From Podarcis tiliguerta (taxonomy: Eukaryota), in the NCBI GenBank assembly GCA_965153285.1, contig OZ229111.1: a stretch of 64,000 nucleotides of DNA. One strand, given 5' to 3'. Below, piece by piece: positions 24,378 through 36,500 of this stretch. Made by a program: the position numbers and the translations under genes. A model generated the notes under the pieces. That model did no database searches. It worked only from the letters and a program-made list of their open reading frames with translations, and was not told the DNA's origin. Position 1 is the stretch's first letter; the number at the start of each line of letters is the position of its first letter.

Positions 24378-27300
24378 GCCCAGATTCCAATGGGTCTGCT
24401 CTGCATATGACTAATGATGGATATCACCCAAAGAAATATGAGATGCTGAGGACAAAGAATACAAATGGCCTGTCTATGCATTTGCGGGAATCATCTCCAT
24501 TCCTTTGTCTTTTCCAAGCCACTTCCAGAAGTGTATTTCTCTGCTATGAACTCAGAGCCGACAAACTGTAGAGACCTTGGCCCTATACACCTGGCTGGTT
24601 TGGGGGCCTCATCCAACACTTGCAAGCAAATTTTTTCTCCCCCTCTTAGCACTCTGACAATTTGGGTGGTGGCAGCAAAAAGAAAGAAAAGGACAAAAGT
24701 AGACAGGGCTGTGGAGAGGTTTGTTGAAATTCTGTGCAATTCTACTCAGAGATTCTGCTGCAGAATCTGCAGAGACACGTGCTCCTTCGTGGAAGGAGGG
24801 CTGCCCTGCCTTCCTGCCATCCTCTTACCTTGAGCTGCCTGCTGGCCACTTTGAAGGCCAGTTCTGTGACGCTGCCAGCTGCCCAGCGTGCCGCATTGCT
24901 GGAGTGCAGCTCGTTCCAGATGGTGTCGCTGTCCACCTGGACGCAGGAGGAAATGAGGAGAGGTTAGCCCACAGCGCCTTGGTGAAGGGCCCCCATCTAA
25001 TCCCAGGTCACACAATGGCAGGATAGGAGCACACAGGGCTATAAAAGCACTGGAAAGACCCCCCAGGGCAGACTTTGGACCAAGGAGGTCTAGATTCAAA
25101 CATCAACTAAGCTCAGAGCTCACTGAACGGCCTAGGATACCTTTCAACCTTAGTTCTCTGCCTGTAAAATAGGCATTTTCAAGGAATCTGCCTCACAGGG
25201 CTGTTGTGAGGGCAAATAAGAATCGCTCAGCACTTTGCATGCAACAAGTGCTCATTCATGATTAACCATGGAAATGTGGTCCCAACAAATCAAAGTTTTT
25301 GTGGGCCTCCCTCAGACTTCACACCATCCTCCCCCCCCGGCTGCATTCCAGTGGGGCTCGACTTGCCCAGTACAACCCCCTCTAGGCAACAAAGTAGGGG
25401 CAGGAAGAACCCATTCTTTTTACCTTCTTGATTCTATTTGATTTTTTTTTTCAAAAACAAACATCTTGGTTTGATCAGGATCACGTCATCGGCAAAGTAA
25501 GAGCCGGAAAACCTCAGAGATTCTCTTCTGATCAACTCCATGTGTGAGCAGAACCCCCCTTCTGCCTGACTGCTCCGGGCGCGCTTCTCTCGCTCTCCCT
25601 CTCTTTCTCTCCGGGTGCAGGGGGCGGGGGGGGGGGGGGAGAGGAGCCAAGGCCCATCCGTAAGGACAAGGGGAAGGAAGAGGGATGAAGGTACAGAGAG
25701 GCCCAAGAGAAAGAGCGCGCAAGAGGTTAAAGAGAAGGAGAACAGGGCTGGGCTGGGAGGCAGCATCCTGGAAAAGAGAGCGAGAAAAAAACAAAAACAG
25801 AAAACAGAAGAGGCACGCAAGAAGGCCATGAACAAAAGTGAGCGTGGCAGAGCGCCCAGAGGGAGGGGGGACACAAGAGACAGAGAGAAGGAGGGATGGG
25901 GAAGATCCCCCCAAACTATCCCTATTCCCACCCCAGAGGCAATGAGGGGGCTCCCAAACTGTGACCAGGGGGCCACCAGCAGTCTGCGAGCTTCACTCAG
26001 GTGGCCCACGGTGTGTCCGCATTTAATACTCATGTTAATTTTGTAACTGTTTTTTTCATCGCTTCTTTTATTTCTCATACTGTATTTTATGGGACTCATT
26101 TTGTAATGCAATAAAATACTATGTAAGGAACAAAAGAAGCAATAAAAATGCAATTAAAAATCATACAGCATCTAGCACATTGCTAAAACAGGCACAACAG
26201 AACCATTAAGTCTGTCAAAACCCTCAGCAATTTCTGTGGGTGGGTGGAGCTGTAGGTTTGAGCTCCAAAGCTGAAGAGGCAGCCACAATGGAAATATATG
26301 TGCATTTGAAGATGTAGGTGATCTGTGGAGATCACATAGAGCACCCCCTTAAAGCTATTGATTTCTGGAAGTTGCAAGCGTAAGGCCTAGTTCTAACAGA
26401 GATGGTAAGCACATGCACAGGCTGCACCATTTCAGAGGAGGCTCATCTGGTAAAATCCTCCCCCATACAAAAAAACCAAATAAAAATAATGCAAACCTGT
26501 CCTATGTAGTACACTAGATGTCATGGAACAGCCTTGTCTTGGCATCTAGTTTTCTATGCTGACAAATGTACAGAGGAGCATCCTGCCATGTGAGGGCCCC
26601 CCTTCCCACCACATCTGCAGTCTGGAGTGGGGCAGCACCAGGTTAAGACTTTAGTGAGAAGCAGGCCTTTGAAGCAGGGTGGCCAGCTGAAAAAATGGAC
26701 AATTGCTGTGTAGAAGCCAGAGCTTCACCAGGAGTAGCATGTCAGGTGAATGATATCTGGTGAAATGCCTTCTTCTGCACCAAGTTCTGGGGAGCCTGTC
26801 CTTTTCTGCACTCAGTCACCCTACCGGTGCTGGCAGTGAGGTGGCGATGGGGAGAGCATATGGAAGAAGGGAGCCTTGTCTAGGATGGGCTGAACCTCTT
26901 GGTCCTGCTTCAGAAATGTTTTGGCTGAATCAGATTTTAAAGGACACTCACCCAGATCCCACCAAAAGCTCTGGCTGGTGTTCTGGATATCTTCAGGCTC
27001 TGCATATGGATTACGGGGTGATCACCAGGCCCTGTTGCAGATGCCCAGAGGCAGCTCTTGTGGGATCTGGTGTCACCAACAATGTCATTGTGACCTCACA
27101 ATGTTCTGGCGAACCCTGTCTGTGTGTAGCAAAGGCTTACTGGAACCTGCTTTATCCGGTGGCAAGATGCTGCCAAGGCACAGTGCTGGAGCCAGAACAC
27201 ACCAGGGGGGATTCCGGTTGGGGTGGAGGCCATTTGACTCTCTGTGGGATGGTTTATGGGGCACCTCCACTTTACCAGTTTACCAGTTTACCCCTCCCAC

Positions 27301-30300
27301 CCCAGCCAGGATGTTGGGAAGAGGTCCACGGCAGGCGCAGGAAGAAGGAGGTAAGTGGCTGGCCACAAAGAGAAGCCCAAGGGAAGGGGACTCTCTTCAC
27401 TGGCCTGTTCCCTTGAGCCAGAGAGAGGCCTCCTCAAAGCAAGAGCTTCTTGGTGAGGAAAGGCTTGCTGGTGAGCAAGGGTGGCTGGGAGTGGTGGGCA
27501 GCCACATAACAAGGGTTGGGGAAGGACTCTTGATCCTCTGTAGTCGGAGACAGGGACAGCCAGAATGAGAAAGAACAGGACAGGAATATATATCCCCCAT
27601 TCCTTTGACAGAGCCTAAGGATTGCGCCACCCCCTTAGTCATATCCTCCTCTTGCCTGCGCTAATGTTGCATCAAGGAACAGCTGGCGGGGAGAGGAGAC
27701 GGGGGGGATGGCGCCGTGTGGATGCAATGAGGAGCCAGTGCATTGGTGAAGCATGGGTTCCCCCCACTGTCACCCCCCTTCCAATCCCCACTGGCCACTC
27801 TTGCTTACATCATTGCCTATCCCAGGGAGGGGTAGCTAGGCTGCAGGCCAGAAGTCACTGCGACTTAAACTTTCAAGCTGTCCCCCGACATCCACCCATC
27901 CACCCGCGTGTATCCTAGTTGAATGCCTCCTCCATTTTGTGCCAGCCTAGCACACAAGCTGACCTCAGAAGGGAGAGCCCCTCACTGGGCGAGGCAAGGT
28001 TTGGGAGGGCATCTTTGATGAGAAGAATCTGGTTTGACAGGGAAGAAGCTTACCCCAACCCCACCACAGGGGAGCATGACAAACATCCGCTGGGAAAGGA
28101 TTCCTGTGGGAGAAAAGAGAAGAAGAAAGGGACTGAAGGTGTAGATGAGCATTTTATGTGCATAAGTGCATTGTAAAACATCAATTTAGAGCACAACTTC
28201 TGACTACAGGCCTCTTTGTTTCCTCTCAGCCATGGGTTGGGGGCGAGGGGTGGCATGCCTTGGCTCCTACCTGCTAGCTTTCCGTTGTCCAGCTTCAGGC
28301 GGCTGAGGGGGTTGGTGCCATACAGCAGCACATGGCGCTCCGTGTGGACGGACTGCAGCTCCTCCAGAGTGGCCTTGCGCCCCCGCAGACACTGGCAGAG
28401 AAACAAGTGGCTGCATTAAGTCAAGAGAGCACAAGGGCCAGCGGCAGGCGAAGAGGTCCCCCAAGGAAGAAGATCTGGAGTGCTAATCAGAGCAGAAGTC
28501 TAGGTGGTTCTGACACAAGGGGCGCAATCTATGGAGGGGAATTTTGCCACATGTAAGTGCTGTTCAAATGAGCAGCGTGCCAAAAAAAGGCTTGGCTGGC
28601 CTTGTTCTTCATCCCAGGCTCTTCCCAGCTGCCTCCCCACACTCAATGAGTTCTTAAGTCCTCCTCTTCTGCTGCCACTTCACCTGCCAAGATGCCACCA
28701 TGTTTCAACCTTGGCTAGATGTTTTTCCCCTGGTTCAATGGCATGGAAAAAGTAAACTGTAATTGCCTAGCAACCTCAGAGTGACTGAGTCAGTCATGTT
28801 TGATTCTTAAGTGGGAGGTATGTTTGGCACCCAGACCTGAGGTTTCCCGGACCGTTCTAAAGCCTGCCTTGCAGTTGCCAGGTAAAGAGGGGAGCAAAGA
28901 AAAGGATCTACACAGGGAATCCAATTGTTCCAAAGAAAAATGGCTGCTCATAAATTTCCCAAAAATGTGTGAATGCTTTGGTGAAACACACATCTGCCCA
29001 GCATCTGCAGAGCGGGCGTCTTCATAAAATGTGGCAATGTTCACTTGCAGGATAGGATTTACAGAGCCTGAGAATGCTTTGCTGCTCAGTGAGTCAACAA
29101 CTTTTGAATTAACAGGGCCATCCTGCGACACTCATCATTATTTTACGTGCACGTTGGGGAACAAACATTTTAACCGGAAATATGCATTGTTTTACTGTTT
29201 TCTTTTCTGAAGGGCATCTTAGTCACTGGTTAGAGTAAATGCTGTCAGCTAGCATGGGTGGGGAAGGGACAGCACTGGGGATCCAGGGTCCCTGTTGTCC
29301 TAGGATTGTTTCTCTGTGAAGAGCTGGTTTTTCTGCCTTTCATCTTGGGTTGAGGGCCTCAAAAACTTTCCTCCTTTCCTCTCCTCTTATAGTGTTCTCT
29401 CTCTCCCCCCCCCCACACACTCAAACACACACACTCAAACACAGGCTTGTTGGTGAATTGGGGAGGAAGATTCAGGAAAATAGACACTTTTTTATTTTGC
29501 AGCTTGTTCTTTGGCCCATTTTAAAAAAGGGCTCCCTTGGCCAATAAACCGAGATGAGCGTCGCAACCCCAGAGTTGTCTGCGACTGGACCTAATGGTCA
29601 GGGGTCCCTTTACCTTCACCTTTATAAAAGTTTAAACTAATAAAAGCTCACTTTAAAAAACACTAATCATGCCAGGCTCCTATAGATTTTATTTAGTAGT
29701 TGGCCCCCAGCTTATCTCCAAGGAGTTTAAGGTGGTGACATATGTAGTTCCATCCCCTCTCCATTTTATCCTCACAACAACCCTTTGGGGTAGGTTAGGC
29801 TAAGAGACAGTGATTGGTCCAAGGTCACCCAGTGAGCTGCATGACTGGGTGGAGATTTGAACCCTGGTCTGCCAGGTCCTAGTCCGACACTCTAAGCACT
29901 ACACCACATTGGGAAATGTAGTTCTGTGTGGGAGGCTACAGATCTCTACTGGAGAATTCTCATCACTCTCACCAAACTACAATTCCTGAGGTTATTTTGG
30001 GTTAAAAACTGGAGGATAGACAAATGATCAGGAAAAGAAGTGGCTCAGCCTTCTCCTGTGTTTTCACTGTGGCTAGATATGCAGAAATCAGAAGGTGAAG
30101 AAGCTTTTCACAGTGTGGAGATATCACCTGTAAAGGTATGCAGATTAAGTGGCTGTTAAATGCAGAGCTACAAAGGCTGGTAAAAAGTTGGCAACCCTTG
30201 CTGAATTGCTATAAAATGCATATATGTTTATACTTTAGAAATGCACCTTGTTGAGATGACAATCACAATTTGGGTTTGCTGGTTCTCTGTGCTCTGTCCT

Positions 30301-30551
30301 ATTTCCAGACTTCTCAGCCACCATAAGAAAGCATGATTAAGCAGCTGCCAAATTAAACTCAACAGATGCATTTCTTTGTTGCGACCATGAGCTAATAAAG
30401 CCACATGAGATTAGTGGGGAGAGCTGAGCACACGTCCAGCGTGTCTTTGAAGTTTCTACTGCAGCCACATGCACGGCTGAAGGTGGAAGTCTCTTCTCTC
30501 TTTCAATTTAAACTGGAAAGGGGGTTACTTCTTCAGCATACAATAGAAACT

Positions 30552-30592
<41 letters not shown>

Positions 30593-33500
30593 CTCGCTCT
30601 TCATCATCTTATTACTTTCACCGTGATCTTCTATGAGCACCTGAAAGTGCAACAGGCAACCAGTGGTGTTTCCTGGCTATAGTTTCAAGAACAGTTACTC
30701 TAAATTTTCTAACCACTTGGAACACAAGGGCCACTCCTTCATCCAAGGATAAGAGAAATGCCCTGCTCCCAGATGTACCACAAGTAAAAATACTGGTCAT
30801 AAGAGGAGTTAATAGGCACTGTGACAAATTATACGTTTCAACTCTAGCACTTGTGGTTGCAGAAAATTCCCTTTCTTCTACTCCTCTCTGCCACCTCCTT
30901 CCTTGCATTGGTATAAAGGTATACCAATGAGCTAAAAATGAAAAGGAAGCAGAATATATTATGGAAAGCCAAGCAAATATATCCGTGGATGCTTTGTTTG
31001 AAGAAAGTGTTCAGAACACATAATTTCGAGGGTATGCATGTATGCAAATTTTGTGCAAACTTCCCATCTCAGACTTCCAAAAGCTACAGCAAAACAGTCT
31101 CAAACCCTCCGTTCATTACCCTGGACCTGCACTGCCTCCTACCTCACACTGACTGCGTAGGCCACGTTCTTGCAGGCGAGACCAGATGCTCTGGATGCGG
31201 CCAGCATGTTCAGGGTGGTTGCTGTTGTCCCCACATGAGCACTGGTGCTTCAACATGACTGAGTCATACACGATGCCTGCAACGAAAAGAAAAGCAGCAC
31301 CTAGGTCACTCACAAAGCTGCAACACTCTCTGGGCTTGGTGAGCACTGGAAAACCAACTCGAGCATACAGGAACCATGTGGCACAGCTCTTCCAGAATGC
31401 AGTATGTACTGCAGGTGTGGAATTAGGAACTGCAATAATTACTAATGTAAATAAACTCTCTGGTGGGGAACATGTCCTGGTTCTTCTGTCCACCTTTGCT
31501 TCCCATCCTGCACTCAGCTCCCCACCTGTGGCTCCTAGAAGCTGTCAGCATGTGACAGTGGTCACAATCCTGGGAATGGCTTCAACTGGCCAGGTAAACC
31601 AGGTGAGGGGAGCCAATGGGTCTCAAACCCTCAGTGAGGTGGGGACTTCCCCTGTGGCCTTGTCGCCTGGGCAGCACAGGACCGCCATATACGCAGCCCC
31701 AGAGAAGTCACTTCAGTGCTGCTAATGCGGAAAACAACAACACCAAAGCAGTGGTTACAAGTACCCTCTCCCCTGACCATTGGGCCCTGTTGGCTGGGGC
31801 TGATGGGAGCTGGAGTCCAAAAGCATCTGGAGGGCCACACGTTCCCACTCCTCTTGTAGGGAGTCCTTGGCTTGTGTGTGAAAGCTGTTGCGTTACCTGT
31901 GGTGAAGCGTGGCTTGTTCGACTGCTCTTGCACCGGCAAGGGGATTGCCTTGGAAGATGTGTCCTGGCTCAGGTGGGACGCAGTGGCAGGGGCAGGTGAC
32001 GAATGAGCTCTGGAGAGCGGCCGGTGGGAGCCGCGGCTTGCTGAGACAAGCAGGGAGTCAGGATGCCTCCGCAGCAGCTGCTGCTGCTGCATGCGCTGTT
32101 GCTGCTCCCAGACGTACTGGGCCTGTTGACCGAATTAAGAGAGGCACCATGTCAAACAGGGAACCCCCTCATGTCCCCTGCTACTCCTCTTGAAGCGCAG
32201 CTGCGGGGGTACCTGCCTTCAGAGAGAAACGGAGTTCGCACCTGGGTAGAGGCTGCCCTCTAGTGTCTCTGCCCTGCATAGGCAGAGTCCCTTTGGTTCA
32301 CCAAAAGCAGAGGCTGGCCCAGGAAAGTGTTTCTGGGGTGCTGGGGTCTAGTTATACTGATGGAGCACAGAAACAACGTCACCCTATTTCGCTGCTTTGT
32401 GAGTGTTGCGGAAGTGTTTTCTCTCTTATTTTTAGAGAACCATGGTGTGCTTTTAAGAATTTGTTTCTATTTCTTCCTCTTGGGAATGTGGATCTGTGGA
32501 CGTCTCCAAAGACTTGTCGCATTTGCCCTTGTTCAGGGTATGGCAATGTTTTCTTTTTTCAGGTGGCAATTTTTTCCTTGGAAAATTATGTATAATTTAT
32601 TTGTTAGTCACATTAACTTGCCCAAGGAAACCCAAAGCAATTTACAATGAGCTAACCAAGCACACAAATGAAAAACCCTACATAGATACATTAAAACCTA
32701 GAGGAAAAAGAAATACAGTAAAAACACCCCACCCACTTCTAAAAGTCCACAGATAGTTTAAGGCCAAGGGCCTGGTTTCAGAGCAAAGCTTTTGCCTGGA
32801 GCCAAAAGATATATACAGTCATACCTCGTGTTATGTTTGCTTCAGGTTGAGCGTTTTCAGGTTGTGTCCCATGGCAACCCGGAAGTACCAGAAAGGGTTA
32901 CTTCCGGGTTTTGCTGCTTGCGCATGCGCAGACGCGCAAAATGACATTGCATGCATACGCAGAAGTGGCGAATTGCGGCCCGCGCACATGCTCAGACGCG
33001 GGTTGCATTCTGCTCATGTTGCAAACGGGCCTCTGGAATGGATCCCATTTGCAACCAGAGGTACCACTGTAACGACGACGGCACCAGGCAAGCCTCCCTG
33101 GAGAGTGTTTTCCAATATACATATGCATAGATAGTGTGTGTGTTCACAATTTTAATTAGTTTTTATTTTGCAGTTGCATTCTAATGTTGGTGTATCCCAT
33201 TTGGCAAACTGGGCTAAAGAATCTGGGTTTTTGAGACAGGAAGGGCTTTAGGCGCTTTGAGAAAACATTTGGAAGGAAAAAGGTGTTAAGCAGAAAATTA
33301 CCTCAGGGGAAAAGGGGCAATTCCTGACCCCTTGGAGTCAGGAAGCTTAAAGAGAGGCCACTAAATATTATACTATTAGCCAAAGATCACTGCCGTTTCC
33401 TGTCTGTATGGACTTACACAGCGAAATCAGGAACATTTAAAAAGGACCAGAGTCACAGAATTGTAGAGCTGGAAGGGACCCTGAGGGTCATCTAGTCCAA

Positions 33501-36500
33501 CTCTCTGCAATGCAGGAATCTCAACCAAACTGTAGGGTGCTGGGAGCAATAACCTAGGGAGCTGACTTATGCGGAGTGGGACCATTGGTCCACCCAGCTC
33601 ATTACCGTCTACACGGGTTGGCAGCGGCTGAACATCATCTCTTTCAGACAGGGTTCTCTCCCAGGCTTTATAGCTGAGATGTTGGGGATTGAGCAGGTGG
33701 GGGGACCTTCTGCATGCAAACCTGATGCTCAGCCAATGAGCAATGGATCTTCCCAAACCTGAGGATTGGGACATAGCATATTGCTGACATAGCATTTTGA
33801 AATGCAGAAAGCATTGTGTGTGTCCCCCATCCGTGTGTCCCTTTTGCTCTCTTCCAGTACCTGCTGAAGGACATGCTCCTCCTGAGGCTGACCCAACCGG
33901 GAGCGACTTTCTGTCTCTTTGCTGCTGCTTCCCCCTGCTGGCAAAGGCTCTGCCTGGGCCGGGTCGCTGGGGTCTTCTCCTGCCTCTGCCTCCATGTCTT
34001 CTGAAGAGGGGATCTGCTGCAGCCGAGGTTTCTCGCTGGACTTGGCCATGCGCTGGGGTGGGAGGGAGAGAAAACCGAGTAAATCTGGGCTACACAGGCT
34101 CAAGATAACCAGCCCCACAAACTTCACTGGTTCTGCAAACATAGGCAGTTTGGCTGTGTTTTCCTATTCTGCATCCTGTATCTGAAATGCATTGCATACC
34201 AATGAATGGCTAGGCACCTTTCCTCAAGAGCTTGTTAGACGAGGGAATTAATCATTTTATTTGTATACTGCCTTTCCAAAGTTAAAACCATGCTCAAGGC
34301 GGCTTACAATATATTAAAAATTACATAGCAAAAGTACTCATAAACAAAACGTCAACAAGCACACAACAAACAGAACAATTTCCACATAAATCATAAAATC
34401 CAAAGTAAAGAAACAAAAATCAACAGCAACCATCCCTTCCCACAATAACCCCCCTAAGCAACCCCCCAGCCCAAGAGTTCGTTCTGCAGCCTCAGCTTTT
34501 GTAGCTGGAGTCAGTCAGGACCGTTTCCTCCCAGGTCAGGTGGGGAAAAGCCTACAAGGCAGAGAGCAGGTCTTCCAGGACTCACAGCCAAGACGAAAGC
34601 AGAACCTTGGATGCTGGGGTTACAGCATGCCCCCTGCATTGCATTACCACACCAACACACAAGGAATGCTGCCTAGAGGTTGTTTATGTCAGTGGCCCCC
34701 TCAACACAGGGACACAGAGAGCTGCTTTATATGAAGTGGGACCAGCACTCCACCTAGCTCAGCATTGTCCACACTGCTCTTGGCTGTGAGTCCTGGAAGA
34801 TCTGCTGCCTGCCTTGCAGGCCTTTTTCCACCTGGCCTTGGAGGGTAGGACCCAGACTGACTCCAGCTGCAGAAGCTGAGGCTGCTGGATGACTCTTGGG
34901 CTGGAGGATTGTTTAGAGGGTTATTGACATTAATTTTGTTTGTAACTTTATTTTATATGTTATGATTTATGTGGAAATTGTGTACTTTTTGATGTCTTTT
35001 ATTAGTTAGGGCTACTTTTGTTACATTTGTAATTATGCTAGGCACCTTGAGCATGGTTGTAACTGTGGAAAGGCAGCATACAAATGCGTGCATGTGCATG
35101 TGTATGACTGGCAGCGATTCTCCCAGGTTTCTGGCCGGGCACATTCCCAGCCCTGCTTCACGACTGAACCCAGCCCTTCCCCATCTGGAGGAGACCAGAG
35201 AAGAGCCTGCCTTGCCCAGCTGGGTCTGCTGCTTCAGCCTCTCCAGGAAGAGCGCATGGTGCTGCTGGTAGGCCAGCTGTTGCTGGACGGCTCTGGGGCT
35301 GGACGGCAGAGGCTCCGAGCGTGTCCTTCCCAAGGGCTTGTGGGGCGTAGGCATCGACAATCGCTCTGGGGGAAGCAGCTGGGAGCGGCTGAAGTGGAAA
35401 GGGACAGTTCCCAGTCCTGGAACTGCAAAGGAAAGAAGAGAAGCTAAGAATATAATCTGGAATGCATCGCTTGTCAGTATTGTTCCCATAGGTGGGAAAG
35501 TGGGAGAATGAAATGTTAAAAACCCAGTGTACATTTCCAGCTAAAGCAGGCTCTGCGTTCACAGCACAAGCGGGAAGGAAATGCAGCAAAGCGAGTTAAG
35601 CATCACTTTGTGATAGTTCCTCCATTTTCACGTTTCCATCCCACAAGATTAAAATAACAACAACAACAACGCAGCAAGAAAACAGGCAAACAGTTTCTGC
35701 TGAATCCTTAGAAATGTCAAAGTGGCCTGGAAGGGGCTTTTGTCTGCCTCACTCATCACAGGCTGCAATAATAATAATAAAAGAATAGAAGAAAAGACAA
35801 GAACAAATTCCTTAATTCTGTTCTGATAACCTACTCCAAACTGGGAAGGAGCAAAATCCTTAGATTTTTTTTTTTTTTAATGCCAGAAATCTGCTTCTAT
35901 CTGCTGCTTAAAAAATCTAGAGGAGCAGTGATAAGTGAGGCACATTCACAGCTGCCACAGCACAGGTGGCTAGCTGGGGCGGCAGAATTCAGACACTGCA
36001 AGGTTAGTCTGGAAAATCCGTCCATGATGTTCTCCTCTTCCCCTCATTCTATGTATCTGGCAGAGGGAAAGAGCTGCATGAGAGTGTTGGGATCTCCATT
36101 TGACCGAGCTGATAAAACCTCCTCCTCCTCCTCCGGCCGAGTCCTTCGGAATCACCCTCAACGTGATTGACGACCTGAGCCTCTGATAAGGCTCCAGGCA
36201 CAACCCCCATTCAGCAGAGTTTCCAGCAGCATGTGGAAGGATGAGATAGTATGAGCTACATGCTAGGAGTTTTATTTCCAACTACACAGACAGCAAAGAA
36301 AAATACATCCTCTCTCTGTGAGAGCAGAGAGCAACTGAAACAAAGGAACAGGAAACCAGTAACGTCACATCCGTCTCCTGTGAGACTTTCAACAGTATGG
36401 AATGTGTGGAATGTAAACAGAGTCTTGTGACTCCAAAGCACTGCTCAGTGACAAACAGAAACTAACAGAGAGAACACTTAAACGGGAACCACAGTTCCTC

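Noticed and set aside
25434-26153. 239-aa minus-strand and 143-aa plus-strand ORFs
   Set aside because: Products of low-complexity purine/pyrimidine tracts (F/L/S-rich or K/R/E-rich) with no domain. The splice-related reading of this block is reported separately.
26760-27568. Two overlapping ORFs of about 215 aa on the plus strand
   Set aside because: Non-ATG starts, no recognisable motifs, antisense within an intron; probably chance or a decayed repeat.
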